Below, in pieces: positions 46,591 to 55,801 of a DNA stretch of 64,000 nt. Each line of letters starts with the position of its first letter. Within the stretch, counting starts at the first letter, position 1. The position numbers and the translations under genes are program-made. Under the pieces are notes generated by a model. It worked only from the letters and a program-made list of their open reading frames with translations. It had not been told where the DNA came from and searched no databases. Source of the DNA: Deltaproteobacteria bacterium (GTDB lineage Bacteria; Desulfobacterota_D; UBA1144; Nemesobacterales; CSP1-2); contig JBQTHB010000007.1 in NCBI GenBank assembly GCA_052390235.1, forward strand, positions 32,001 through 96,000. Direction: 5' to 3'.

Positions 46591-47271
46591 TCACTTCACG
46601 CCCGTGTAAATTATGACCGTGCCGAGGGTAAGCTCCACTGATTTACAGTCGCGAAGTCCCGCCTCGCGCATGAGCGCTATAAACGCCTCTCTCTGCGGGA
46701 ATTTCGGTATTGACTCCGCTAAATAGTCGTATTCCTCGCGCGTTCCGAAAATTGAGCCTATAAGCGGCATAACGTTCTTCAGATAAAACATATAGGCAGG
46801 GCTAAGAACAGGGGTATTCGGCACGGCAAACTCCAGAATGCCGACTTTCCCCCCCGATGTCAATGCGCGCCTCATCTCCCTCAGCGATGCGAGCGGGTCA
46901 ACCGTATTCCTGATGCCGAACGCTATTGTTACGGCATCGAACGAGCCGCCCTCAAACGGCAGACCCTCGGCTACTCCCAAAATTAGCCTCATCCGCTCCC
47001 TCATTCCAAAGGAATCGAGTTTTCGCCCCGCAATCTCAAGCATCGCCTCGCTGGGGTCAATTCCCGTTGCCACGGACCTGGGATTTCGCCTCAAATACTC
47101 AATTGCCACTTCAGCCGTCCCCGTAGCAATATCGAGGAGATTGCCGCCATCCGCCCCGATTTCTCGGATGAGCCTGCGGCGCCACGACTTGTCAATTCCT
47201 AGGCTGAAGAGCGAATTTAGCCTGTCATAGTTCTTTGCCACTCGGTTAAAAAGGGATTTGGTCTCAGGCAT
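46591..47271 (-). CDS. ubiE: UbiE/MenG family quinone C-methyltransferase
   Basis: YDRLNSLFSLG, LDIATGT, IAFGIRN, ILEF and YDYLAESI motifs. Confidence 0.9.
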   Translation of the reverse strand: MPETKSLFNRVAKNYDRLNSLFSLGIDKSWRRRLIREIGADGGNLLDIATGTAEVAIEYLRRNPRSVATGIDPSEAMLEIAGRKLDSFGMRERMRLILGVAEGLPFEGGSFDAVTIAFGIRNTVDPLASLREMRRALTSGGKVGILEFAVPNTPVLSPAYMFYLKNVMPLIGSIFGTREEYDYLAESIPKFPQREAFIALMREAGLRDCKSVELTLGTVIIYTGVK

Positions 47272-47306
47272 TTGCGTACAGTCCTCTTCGGGTTTGGCTG
47301 ATGGTG

Positions 47307-48212
47307 TTAAAGCCGCTTCTCGATGGATTGGATAATTTTACTCATCTGCCTCGATTTATTAAGCACGTAGAAATGAATCCCTGGCGCGCCCATTTCGAGT
47401 AGCCCTAGGGCTTGGCTGATGCACCGGCGCACTCCAATTTCGCCTGCCGCCTCGTCGTTGTCGTTAGCGGCTTCGAGTTCGCTCTGCAAATCAGCCGGAA
47501 TGGACGCCCCGCAGAGCGATGCGATGCGCTGGATTTGTTTCGCCGAGAGTATGGGCATGAGTCCCGGCACGACGGGGTTTGTGATTCCAGCCGCTCTCAC
47601 GCGCTTGACGAAGTCAGAATAGAGGGCGTTATCGAAAAAAAGCTGGGTGATGATAACATCCGCTCCGGCGGCGACCTTGCGCCTGAGGTTGTCAATATCG
47701 GCGTCAAAACTCGCGGCTTCGATGTGTTTTTCCGGGTATCCGGCGACGGCGATTCCGAATGCGCCATCTCCGAGGCTTCCCTCAAATTTCCTAATGGCGC
47801 GGACTAAATCCGAGGCGTAGGCGTATCCCCCGTCGGCGGGTATGAAGGTCGTCTCTCCTGCCGGCGGGTCTCCTCTAAGGGCTATGATGTTGCGTATCCC
47901 GAGGCTCTTGATTTTGACGAGCGTGCGCGTTATTTCGCTCTCCGACGAGCCGACGCAGGTGAGGTGGCACGCCGTCTCGATATTGAAATTTTCCTTAATA
48001 TAGGATGCGATATCGAGCGTTTTTACCTGAGTTGAACCCATTGCCCCGTAGGTTACGGTTATAAAATCTGGCATTAGCCCGATGAGCTCTGGCAGTTCCT
48101 TTTTAAGGCTCGCCATGCCCGCCTCGGTTTTGGGAGGGAAAAGCTCAAAGGAGATTACTGGTTTTTTATTCTCGGAGTTGATAAAAAATTCGCTCAGTAG
48201 CATGGCTTTCAA
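47307..48212 (-). CDS. metF: Methylenetetrahydrofolate reductase
   Basis: SFELFPPK, VTYGA, HLTC, ALRGD, AGYPEKH, ITQLFF and HFYVLN motifs. Confidence 0.95.
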   Translation of the reverse strand: MKAMLLSEFFINSENKKPVISFELFPPKTEAGMASLKKELPELIGLMPDFITVTYGAMGSTQVKTLDIASYIKENFNIETACHLTCVGSSESEITRTLVKIKSLGIRNIIALRGDPPAGETTFIPADGGYAYASDLVRAIRKFEGSLGDGAFGIAVAGYPEKHIEAASFDADIDNLRRKVAAGADVIITQLFFDNALYSDFVKRVRAAGITNPVVPGLMPILSAKQIQRIASLCGASIPADLQSELEAANDNDEAAGEIGVRRCISQALGLLEMGAPGIHFYVLNKSRQMSKIIQSIEKRL

Positions 48213-48373
48213 TTTCGACGTTTATGTTACTTAATTCGCCCGTTTGATGCAAGCGACGACTGTTGATGTGGCAGGGGCGCGATAAATCCTCTTTTTAGTA
48301 GAGCGGGGAGGGGGCGCAGATACGCAATCGCTCGCTCTGGCGGTTATATGATATTAATATAATTTCCCACCCC

Positions 48374-48417
48374 TTGACAATCTATTCGCCCATTATATAA
48401 TATTGATAATCAATATC
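48374..48417 (+). promoter_or_regulatory. Sigma70 promoter overlapped by a Fur box
   Basis: TTGACA (48374), 16 bp, TATAAT (48396). AATATTGATAATCAATATC (48399-48417) matches GATAATGATAATCATTATC at 16 of 19 positions. Confidence 0.8.
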
Positions 48418-48513
48418 AGCAACAGTGAGTTTGGTTCAATTTCATTAGACGGAAGCAGGGCAGGCTCTATTTACTCTCCTCTCTTAACTACCGACTGCCC
48501 TGCTTCCACTTTT
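48408..48513 (+). ncRNA. Candidate Fur-repressed sRNA or attenuator leader
   Basis: Follows the Fur-boxed promoter. Perfect 13-bp stem 48451-48463/48495-48507, 31-nt loop containing CTCTCCTCTCT, then ACTTTT. Confidence 0.5.
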
Positions 48514-48563
48514 CGATTCCCGCTTGATTCCCGACAAAAATCAACCGATATTATTAGGCGTAC

Positions 48564-49571
48564 ATGGCGCCAATCCTCTTAATTCTCGCCTCAATATTAT
48601 TTTCTGCCCAAAAGCCGTTTCTGGTCGAGAGGGCTTTTTTCGCCATGGGGTCGGCTATTGAATTTAAGGTCTATTGCGGCGAGATGCGAGAGGTCTGCAA
48701 CGAGAAAATATTCAAGTCATACCTGGAGGTCAAACGCCTCGACGATATTCTCAGCAACTATAAGCCAGATAGCGCCCTGTCTCGCCTCAACTCCCGCGCC
48801 GGCATGGGGAAAACCCCGGCGCCGAAGGAGCTATTCGATATTGCCAGCCGCTCGTTGCATTTCTCTGAACTCACGGACGGGGCTTTCGACATATCAGTAG
48901 GAAAGCTCGTGGATCTGTGGAAGGAGGCGGCAAGGGCGAAGAAAATCCCCGAGAGAAAATTAATTAAAGATACCGCGTCAAATTGCGTCGGCAATAGACA
49001 CATTAAGCTCTATCCCGATACGCTAGAGATTGAGACGACCTCTGATTGTCTGCTCATTGATTTCGGGGGCATCGGCAAGGGATACGCCGTTGACAGAGCC
49101 ATAGAATCGCTAAAATCCCAGGGGATTCGCTCGGCTCTTGTGAATTTCAGCGGAAATATCTACGCCCTCGGCGCGCCTCACGAGGAGCCAGCATGGGTGG
49201 TAGGGGTAAAGCATCCGACGAAAGTGGGAGAATTTCTCGCCTTCATCGCTATTCGAGACGCAGGGGTTTCAACTTCCGGCGACTACGAGCGCTACAGCTT
49301 AATCGAGGGAAAGCGCCACTCTCATATCATTGACCCAAGAACGGGCGCTCCTGTGGAGTCCATCCCGTCGGTAACCGTTGTATCCAAGAGCGCGACTGAT
49401 GCGGATGCCCTGTCAACGGCGTTTTCGGTCATGGGGGAGTCCGGCGCGCGCGGTGTTTTGAGGAAATTCTCGGATACGGGAGCGATGATTATAACGCGGC
49501 AGAGGGGCGGAGCGCTCAAGGTATATGAGAGCGAATTATTTAAGTCTCTGCGGGTTTCAGGGCGGGACTAG
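48564..49571 (+). CDS. apbE: FAD:protein FMN transferase ApbE
   Basis: AMGS, TDGAFDISVG, DFGGIGKGYAVD, STSGDYER, HIIDPRTG and ADALST motifs. Confidence 0.96.
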   Translation: MAPILLILASILFSAQKPFLVERAFFAMGSAIEFKVYCGEMREVCNEKIFKSYLEVKRLDDILSNYKPDSALSRLNSRAGMGKTPAPKELFDIASRSLHFSELTDGAFDISVGKLVDLWKEAARAKKIPERKLIKDTASNCVGNRHIKLYPDTLEIETTSDCLLIDFGGIGKGYAVDRAIESLKSQGIRSALVNFSGNIYALGAPHEEPAWVVGVKHPTKVGEFLAFIAIRDAGVSTSGDYERYSLIEGKRHSHIIDPRTGAPVESIPSVTVVSKSATDADALSTAFSVMGESGARGVLRKFSDTGAMIITRQRGGALKVYESELFKSLRVSGRD

Positions 49572-49688
49572 GCGATATGCGCGCTGTAGAGTGGAGGGGC
49601 GGTCATTTCTCATTATAGAGGCGTTTCATGGCTAAATTCTGCTAAGCCGCAATTTTGAATATGGCATTCAAAAAATGCCGATATATTC

Positions 49689-49734
49689 TTGACATGGAGT
49701 GCTATCTCCTGATATGATATTGATATTGATTATC
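49689..49734 (+). promoter_or_regulatory. Second sigma70 promoter with a Fur box
   Basis: TTGACA (49689), 18 bp, TATGAT (49713). GATATTGATATTGATTATC (49716-49734) matches the Fur consensus at 16 of 19 positions. Confidence 0.78.
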
Positions 49735-49762
49735 AGTAAATATCAAAGGAGGAAGCAGAGAG

Positions 49763-51136
49763 ATGATAAACACAAGTAAGGTGTTACTTGCGTTTCTTTT
49801 GGTTGCGCTGTGCGCGGCGCCTATAGCTACGGTTTATGCCCAAGAGACCAGCCAGGAGAAGAGAATTCAAGACTTGGAGACCAAACTCAGGGGCGTTACC
49901 GACGAGCTTCAGAAACTAAAATCCGACGGAATGCCCGATGACCGCCTCAAATCCATCGAGGATAAGATTCAAGTCCTAGCCGATGAGATTGAAAATATTA
50001 AATCCGCCTCAGTTGTCCAGGAGCCTACCTACCAGGAGGCTTTCGGTCTCGCTCCGGCGGCATCGAAGGTCTATTTTGTGGGCAAGGGGCTTTCCTTGGG
50101 CGGATACGGCGAGCTTGCCGTTACTGAATTCAGGGAGGACAGCGACAATGTGATTGACGCGCTTCGAGTGATTCTGTACGCCGGATACAAGTTTACGGAT
50201 AGAATTGTATTCAACTCCGAAATTGAATTTGAACACGGCACAACCGGGACCAACCGGGACGGGCAGTCGGGTTCAGTATCGGTAGAATTTGCGACGCTCG
50301 ATTTTTTCATCACCGACTATTTTAACCTCAGGGGAGGGCTAGTGCTCGTTCCCTTTGGCACTATAAACGAGGTGCATGAGCCGACGACCTTCTTCGGAGT
50401 GCTGAGACCAGAGGTCGAAAGACTCATCATCCCCTCCACTTGGAGAGAGAACGGCGCGGGGATATTTGGCGAGATTGCCGGTCTGGATTACAGGGTTTAC
50501 GTCATAAACAGCTTTGATTCCAGAGGATTCAGGGCGAATGAGAACAGGGGCGCGAGAACCAGCGGCAACAGGGGCAGAATCAACGACCCGGCGGCTGTGG
50601 GAAGGGTTGAATATGACCCGTTCCCCGGGCTTAGATTCGGAGGCTCGTTCTTCATCGGTCAGACAGGGCAGAACGAGAGCGCGAACGGCGAAAAAATAGA
50701 TGGGCTTTTCCAGATGTACGAAGCCGACGTTCAGTTCCAGTGGGCTGGGCTTGAGACAAAGGTGCTCTTTGTGTACTCGTTCCTCGACGACGCGGATTTA
50801 ATCAACATCAATAACGGGCTTGAAGGAAACGCCTCTATAGGTGAGGAGCAGTACGGATTCTACGTCGAAGCCGGATACAATCTACTTTCTCTGGCAGATT
50901 TCGGTTCTTATTTTGAGTATCTTGCCCCGTTTGTGAGATATGAGAAATACGACACTCAGCGCGAGGTGCCGTCTGGATTCGAGAGAAATCCCGCGAACGA
51001 CCGCGAGACCGTAACCGTGGGCGTCAACTATAAACCCATTAAAAACGTGGTCATAAAAGCTGATTACAGCTTCAGGGACAATGAAGCCGGCACGGCCACA
51101 GACGCGTTTAACTTAGGGCTTGGATATGTGTTCTAA
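49763..51136 (+). CDS. Outer-membrane porin (OprO/P-like) with an N-terminal coiled coil
   Basis: Signal peptide, coiled coil, LGGYGE, GYKFTDRIVFNSEIEFEH, HEPTTF, IIPSTWRE and terminal GLGYVF. Confidence 0.85.
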   Translation: MINTSKVLLAFLLVALCAAPIATVYAQETSQEKRIQDLETKLRGVTDELQKLKSDGMPDDRLKSIEDKIQVLADEIENIKSASVVQEPTYQEAFGLAPAASKVYFVGKGLSLGGYGELAVTEFREDSDNVIDALRVILYAGYKFTDRIVFNSEIEFEHGTTGTNRDGQSGSVSVEFATLDFFITDYFNLRGGLVLVPFGTINEVHEPTTFFGVLRPEVERLIIPSTWRENGAGIFGEIAGLDYRVYVINSFDSRGFRANENRGARTSGNRGRINDPAAVGRVEYDPFPGLRFGGSFFIGQTGQNESANGEKIDGLFQMYEADVQFQWAGLETKVLFVYSFLDDADLININNGLEGNASIGEEQYGFYVEAGYNLLSLADFGSYFEYLAPFVRYEKYDTQREVPSGFERNPANDRETVTVGVNYKPIKNVVIKADYSFRDNEAGTATDAFNLGLGYVF

Positions 51137-51233
51137 ATCTGGTTAAATATCTTCCGACTTTAGTGGGGGGAGGGCAGGCGCATCCGTACACGGCGGCCTC
51201 TCCCCCCGCTCTATCAGTGAGCGTCAAAGTTCG

Positions 51234-51812
51234 ATGAAAACAAAATTGATTGCCGCGCTAACCCTTATTTTGAGCCTTTCCATCGCCGCCGAGTGTCTCG
51301 CTAAGGTCTATATGACGCGGGATGAGGCCCTTAAAGCCGCGTTTCCCGGCGCCGAGAGTATTGAAAAAACCACTGTGTTTCTGTCCGATGAGCAGATAAA
51401 ACGCATTGAGTCCCTCGCTAGGGCGAAACTCACCTCTAAGCTCTACACTTTCTATGCCGGCGTTAAGGGCGGCGGCGCTCTCGGATGGGCAGTAATTGAC
51501 ACTCATCTGCTCAGAACTACTACTGAAACTGTTATGATAGTGATAAATCCCGACGGCACAATGAGGCAGGCTGAGATATTGGCCTTTTTCGAGCCGGAGG
51601 ACTATATGCCCAGCGGCAAGTGGATGGCTCTATTCAACGACAGGCGCATTGTCCTAGGCAACGATTCCGTGCGAGTAGGCAGGGGGATTCCCAATCTCAC
51701 CGGCGCAACTATAACAACGAACGCCATGGTTGACGCCATAAGGCGGGTGATGGCTGTGTTTGAAGTCGCGCTAGCGCCGAAAGCCGATTTAGCCGGCAGG
51801 GGGCGGAATTGA
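51234..51812 (+). CDS. Periplasmic FMN-binding domain protein
   Basis: Signal peptide, ILAFFEP and the flavinylation motif LTGATIT ([S/T]GA[S/T]). Confidence 0.88.
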   Translation: MKTKLIAALTLILSLSIAAECLAKVYMTRDEALKAAFPGAESIEKTTVFLSDEQIKRIESLARAKLTSKLYTFYAGVKGGGALGWAVIDTHLLRTTTETVMIVINPDGTMRQAEILAFFEPEDYMPSGKWMALFNDRRIVLGNDSVRVGRGIPNLTGATITTNAMVDAIRRVMAVFEVALAPKADLAGRGRN

Positions 51813-51813
51813 T

Positions 51814-52311
51814 TTGAGGTTTTTCATATCGGGTGATATTCGCGCCAACAGCCTACTTAAGCTAATTATAGTATTTACGCTCGTGTTTTTTGTTTTTCTC
51901 TGGCTTACGAATCTCCTGCTATATCTTAGAATCGGCTTCAGCTACGATTCCATTGTGGATTACTACAGGGGCAACGAGGAGGCTTTTAGGCCTGCGAAAA
52001 CCTATATCGGTCTGCTGGAGGAGGCGCATTTTCATTTCTTCTCAATGGCGGTGATTCTCGTAACCCTAAATCACCTGATACTGTTCGCGCCTATAGGGAA
52101 TTTCTCAAAGCTCGTCCTCATCCTCGCGTCCTTCATATCGGCATTTGGAGACATTGCTGGGGGATGGCTCGTGCGCTACGTCGCGCCGGAGTTTGCGTGG
52201 CTAAAACTCGCATCCGTGATAACGCTTCAGGGCTCTCTTGCCGCGCTCCTGTGGGTGGTGTTTCGGTTTCTGTACTCGAAGCAAACCGAAAGGCTGAAAC
52301 GCGGCGCTTAA
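51814..52311 (+). CDS. Hypothetical 4-TM membrane protein with an EEAHFH...H motif
   Basis: Four hydrophobic helices; YYRGNEE and LLEEAHFHFFSM...LNH. Starts just after the upstream stop. Confidence 0.8.
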   Translation: MRFFISGDIRANSLLKLIIVFTLVFFVFLWLTNLLLYLRIGFSYDSIVDYYRGNEEAFRPAKTYIGLLEEAHFHFFSMAVILVTLNHLILFAPIGNFSKLVLILASFISAFGDIAGGWLVRYVAPEFAWLKLASVITLQGSLAALLWVVFRFLYSKQTERLKRGA

Positions 52312-53972
52312 TATTTGCCCGATTTGATAATTGAAAATACAATCCAAATCCCTGTGAGAGCGGCGAAGAGTATCCCCGCTACACCGAAAAATGTCCCCGC
52401 GCCAGACTCCGTAAACGCAATCAGCGCAGTGGATAAAATCGCCCCAAGAGATGCCAGAAGGGTCAGTATCAGGCGGTTAGCAATTCTCTCCCATGAGTGA
52501 GACCCCCCTCCCGCTTCCTTTGAGCCGTCCTCCACCTGCACTTTGAATTTCCCGCTCTCGAGACTATCGAGAACGTTTTTAATCTGTGGCGGGGCATCTT
52601 GGATGAAGCTCGAAATTTTTACAAACCCCTCGGCGATGTCCCTTGAAACGCGGCTGAACTCGAATCTGCTCTTGAATATCTCGACAAGGCGCTGATGAGA
52701 TTCTCTGAAAATGTTAATTTCCGGGTCAAGCCCCTTGCCCACGCCCTCCATCGTGATGAGCGCCTTGCAGATGAGCGCGTAATCGTAGGGGATTTTTATC
52801 CTGTGCCTGAGCGCGCCGCTGAAAATATCCCTCAAAAAAGCCCCAAGTTCCATGTACTTGAGCGGCTTGCCAAAATGCCTCTCGCAGATGTCAACCACGT
52901 CTGAACGGAACTCGGCCATGTCCACTTCCCGCTCTTTTATGCCGATTTTATAGAATGACTCCGCCACCTCCTCGAAATCCTCTCTGATAATTGCGAGCAG
53001 GAGCATCAGCATCTTCTCCCTTACCCCTTCGCTCACCCTGCCGGCAAGCCCTAGGTCGAGATAGACTATTCTGCCCTCCGCCGTTACGAACACATTGCCC
53101 GGATGAGGGTCGGCGTGGAAGAATCCGTCGCGGAATATCATCTGAATTACGGCGTCGAGTCCGCGTCTGGCGAGGAGAGCGGGGTCGTGTCCGGCTTTGG
53201 GGGCGTCTGTGATTTTGACCCCTTCGATAAATTCCATGGTGAGGACGCTCCTGCTGGAGAATTCCCCGTAAACCGCTGGGAAATATACCTCGGCGCTTGC
53301 GCTAAAATTCCTTCTGAACCTCTCGGCGTTGGCGGCTTCTATAGTAAAATCAAGCTCCCTCCCGATGGCGCGCTCAAACTCCCTTACGACCTTGCTTGGG
53401 CTAAAGTGCGCTGCCTCGGCAATGCTCCCCTCGGCGAGTTTTGCCATGAGGTACATGAGGCTTATATCAGCGTCAATTACGCGCTTTATTCCGGGGCGCT
53501 GGATTTTGACCGCAACCCGCGAGCCGTCCTTAAGCTCTGCGCTGTGAACCTGAGCGAGCGAGGCTGAAGCCACGGGGAGGGGGTCGAAGCGGGCGAATAT
53601 ATCATCAATACTGGCATGAAGCTCGCCTTCTACCTGTCCTCTCGCCTCGTCGAATGAGAAGGGAGAGACGCAGTCCTGGAGCTTTGAAAACTCCTCGGCA
53701 TAGTCCGGCGGTATAAGCTCGGGGCGAGTGCTGAGGATTTGACCGAGCTTTATGAACGTGGGCCCAAGCTCTTCAAGGGAGCGTCTGAGGCGCTCAGGCT
53801 TAGACACCGCCCCGCCGCTTTTGGGTTCGGGGATTGCCGATTCCGAGAAAAGCGACTCCCTTAAGCCGAGCGAGTCAATCAGGTGTCCGTAGCCGTACTT
53901 TGCCAAAACCGAGAATATCTGCCTTAGCCTTTTGGTGTCTTTGATTATCCCAAGCGAGAGATTGCCGTTCAA
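52308..53972 (-). CDS. ABC1/UbiB (AarF) family atypical kinase
   Basis: LGPTFIKLGQILSTR, ASASLAQVH, VAVKIQRP, FHADPHPGN and DLG motifs. Confidence 0.93.
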   Translation of the reverse strand: MNGNLSLGIIKDTKRLRQIFSVLAKYGYGHLIDSLGLRESLFSESAIPEPKSGGAVSKPERLRRSLEELGPTFIKLGQILSTRPELIPPDYAEEFSKLQDCVSPFSFDEARGQVEGELHASIDDIFARFDPLPVASASLAQVHSAELKDGSRVAVKIQRPGIKRVIDADISLMYLMAKLAEGSIAEAAHFSPSKVVREFERAIGRELDFTIEAANAERFRRNFSASAEVYFPAVYGEFSSRSVLTMEFIEGVKITDAPKAGHDPALLARRGLDAVIQMIFRDGFFHADPHPGNVFVTAEGRIVYLDLGLAGRVSEGVREKMLMLLLAIIREDFEEVAESFYKIGIKEREVDMAEFRSDVVDICERHFGKPLKYMELGAFLRDIFSGALRHRIKIPYDYALICKALITMEGVGKGLDPEINIFRESHQRLVEIFKSRFEFSRVSRDIAEGFVKISSFIQDAPPQIKNVLDSLESGKFKVQVEDGSKEAGGGSHSWERIANRLILTLLASLGAILSTALIAFTESGAGTFFGVAGILFAALTGIWIVFSIIKSGKY

Positions 53973-53977
53973 AATTT

Positions 53978-55249
53978 TTATTCGATTCCAAGTTTCCTGC
54001 GGAGTTTCGTTACGTCAAAGTACGGCTCGCCGTGGTCTCTGGAGTAATTATATAGGCTCTCAAGTTCGTCAAGTATGGATTCGAGCTTCTGCCTTCCGGA
54101 TTTTGTGCCAGCGGCTTCATTTGGGGTTTTGCCGTCAAGGTCTCCAAGGGGCTTATGCACCCACTCATCGTAATAGGCATCAAACTCGGAGTCGGGTTTT
54201 TTATCAGCGGCGCTTTTCCTTTTCTTCCGGGGGGATTTTATCTTGGGCGAGGCATCGGGTGTTGCGATTTTATCCGCGATGTAGGTGATGGCATCTTTGA
54301 GGGTTTCATCTATTAGATTCTTTATTTTTGAGAGCGACTCTGCGGAATGGCACTGAACCAGTAGTTTATCGGGTTCTAGTTCGATGCTTCCCAGAAGCTC
54401 TGCCGCGCCGCCCCCTCTGCGCCACGAGAAAACTCTCAGGTCGTCCGTGCCGCCTTTGATTTCCTCGAGAGAGGGTATTTTTCTAATCTCCCTCAGGGCT
54501 TTTGCGTAGTTCTCAACGCTGTAGGTGGCGCTTGCGAAGATGAGCGCGTCCCCATCGGGGGTGAGGAATTTCGGGTTTTTAGCCGCCTCCTCTACAAAGT
54601 GGGAGATTAGAAATCCCCAGTCCTTGAGGTATTCCTTTGCCGATTTGCGGCTTCCGAAGGTTTTTCTGTACTCTCTGAATTCGTTTTGAAAAAAGTCGAG
54701 GATGAGGGGCTTGAGCGGCGCGGGATAAACCATTATGACGGATGCAAAATGGCAGCTAGAACCGGTTTTAAGCGCTCTGCCCTCGACGATACTCCCTGCC
54801 GAGATTTGCCCCGCCGCCGCCTCGCTAATTCTCAGCGCCTCGCCGGTGAAGATGTCGCGCCCTGTAAATCCCTTGTTGGCGGTTACCTCCTCGACCTCAA
54901 AAAAACTGTGGATATTTGCCGCCCACTCGCCGAGAAGCGCCCTTTCAATTTTAGATAGATTTTCACTCTCCCCCTCGCCGAACGCCTCTATAACCCTTTT
55001 GCCCGAATCGAGGAGTTTAAAATCGTAAATGAACCAATCGAAAAATCTGGTGAACGTGAGGTCGTCAATCTGGTCTTCGCGGATTTTTGATTTGACCAGG
55101 CTCGCGTTTCCTTTCCAGATATAAAATGCCTCGCCAATTTGAGCCTGTATTTCGGGGCGGCGAGAGAACTCGACGAGCTTCGCCCTGAGTTCCTTATCCG
55201 CCTGCTCGAATTTGTACTGATTCAGGTCAATTATCGGGGCGTCCTTCAT
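53978..55249 (-). CDS. Hypothetical protein with an MbcA/ParS/Xre-like C-terminus
   Basis: FFDWFIYD...SFFEV...RDIFTGE core and WVHKPLGDLDGKTPNEA tail. ATG 55249 preferred as start. Confidence 0.65.
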   Translation of the reverse strand: MKDAPIIDLNQYKFEQADKELRAKLVEFSRRPEIQAQIGEAFYIWKGNASLVKSKIREDQIDDLTFTRFFDWFIYDFKLLDSGKRVIEAFGEGESENLSKIERALLGEWAANIHSFFEVEEVTANKGFTGRDIFTGEALRISEAAAGQISAGSIVEGRALKTGSSCHFASVIMVYPAPLKPLILDFFQNEFREYRKTFGSRKSAKEYLKDWGFLISHFVEEAAKNPKFLTPDGDALIFASATYSVENYAKALREIRKIPSLEEIKGGTDDLRVFSWRRGGGAAELLGSIELEPDKLLVQCHSAESLSKIKNLIDETLKDAITYIADKIATPDASPKIKSPRKKRKSAADKKPDSEFDAYYDEWVHKPLGDLDGKTPNEAAGTKSGRQKLESILDELESLYNYSRDHGEPYFDVTKLRRKLGIE

Positions 55250-55281
55250 GGGAATTAAATTATATGACCGCAAGCCGAGTG

Positions 55282-55752
55282 TCAATCTTGGGGCTGGCCG
55301 CCAAAAAGGCTCTCCAGCGCGGCTCTGCGGTAGTCAAAAATCCGGTTCAACTCCCCCTTGACGATGAGTTTATTGATAAAATCTCCGGCTATTCCAAATC
55401 CGATGGCGTAGTGAACTATGTCGTCCATTTCAACCCCTCCGTCTGTTTCATGAAACAGGTGCGCGTGATGCCAAAATCTGTAGGGGCCAAATCTCTGCTC
55501 ATCTACAAACAGATGCGGCTCTACAACGTGAGTAATTTCCGTAACCCAGCTTACGGGGATGGAGAAAAAGGGGCTCACGGTGTAGGTGAGGATTGAGCCG
55601 GGATAGATTTTTACAGGAGTATTGGAGGTTATTTTAAGTCCCAGCGATTTCGGGGTTATGTCGGGCAGATTTCTAGGGTCTGAGAAAAAATCCCACGCCT
55701 TTTTAACTGATATATCGAGGCGCTGACGTCTCTCGAGGCGATGGATTTTCAT
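55282..55752 (-). CDS. SRPBCC family protein
   Basis: WDFFSDPRNL..ITP and FVDEQRFGPYRFWHHAH motifs. Confidence 0.9.
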   Translation of the reverse strand: MKIHRLERRQRLDISVKKAWDFFSDPRNLPDITPKSLGLKITSNTPVKIYPGSILTYTVSPFFSIPVSWVTEITHVVEPHLFVDEQRFGPYRFWHHAHLFHETDGGVEMDDIVHYAIGFGIAGDFINKLIVKGELNRIFDYRRAALESLFGGQPQD

Positions 55753-55801
55753 CTATAGCGAGATTCCTGCGCGATGTGCGCGGTGATTTGCTCTCTGCTC
55801 C

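Noticed and set aside
48213..48360. SAM riboswitch upstream of metF
   Set aside because: No recognisable SAM-I/II/SAH core. A promoter-like TTGCAT-17-TAACAT sits only about 11 nt from the start.
48425..48448. 7-codon uORF (GTG...TAG, MSLVQFH) in the Fur-controlled leader
   Set aside because: No SD and too short to distinguish from chance.
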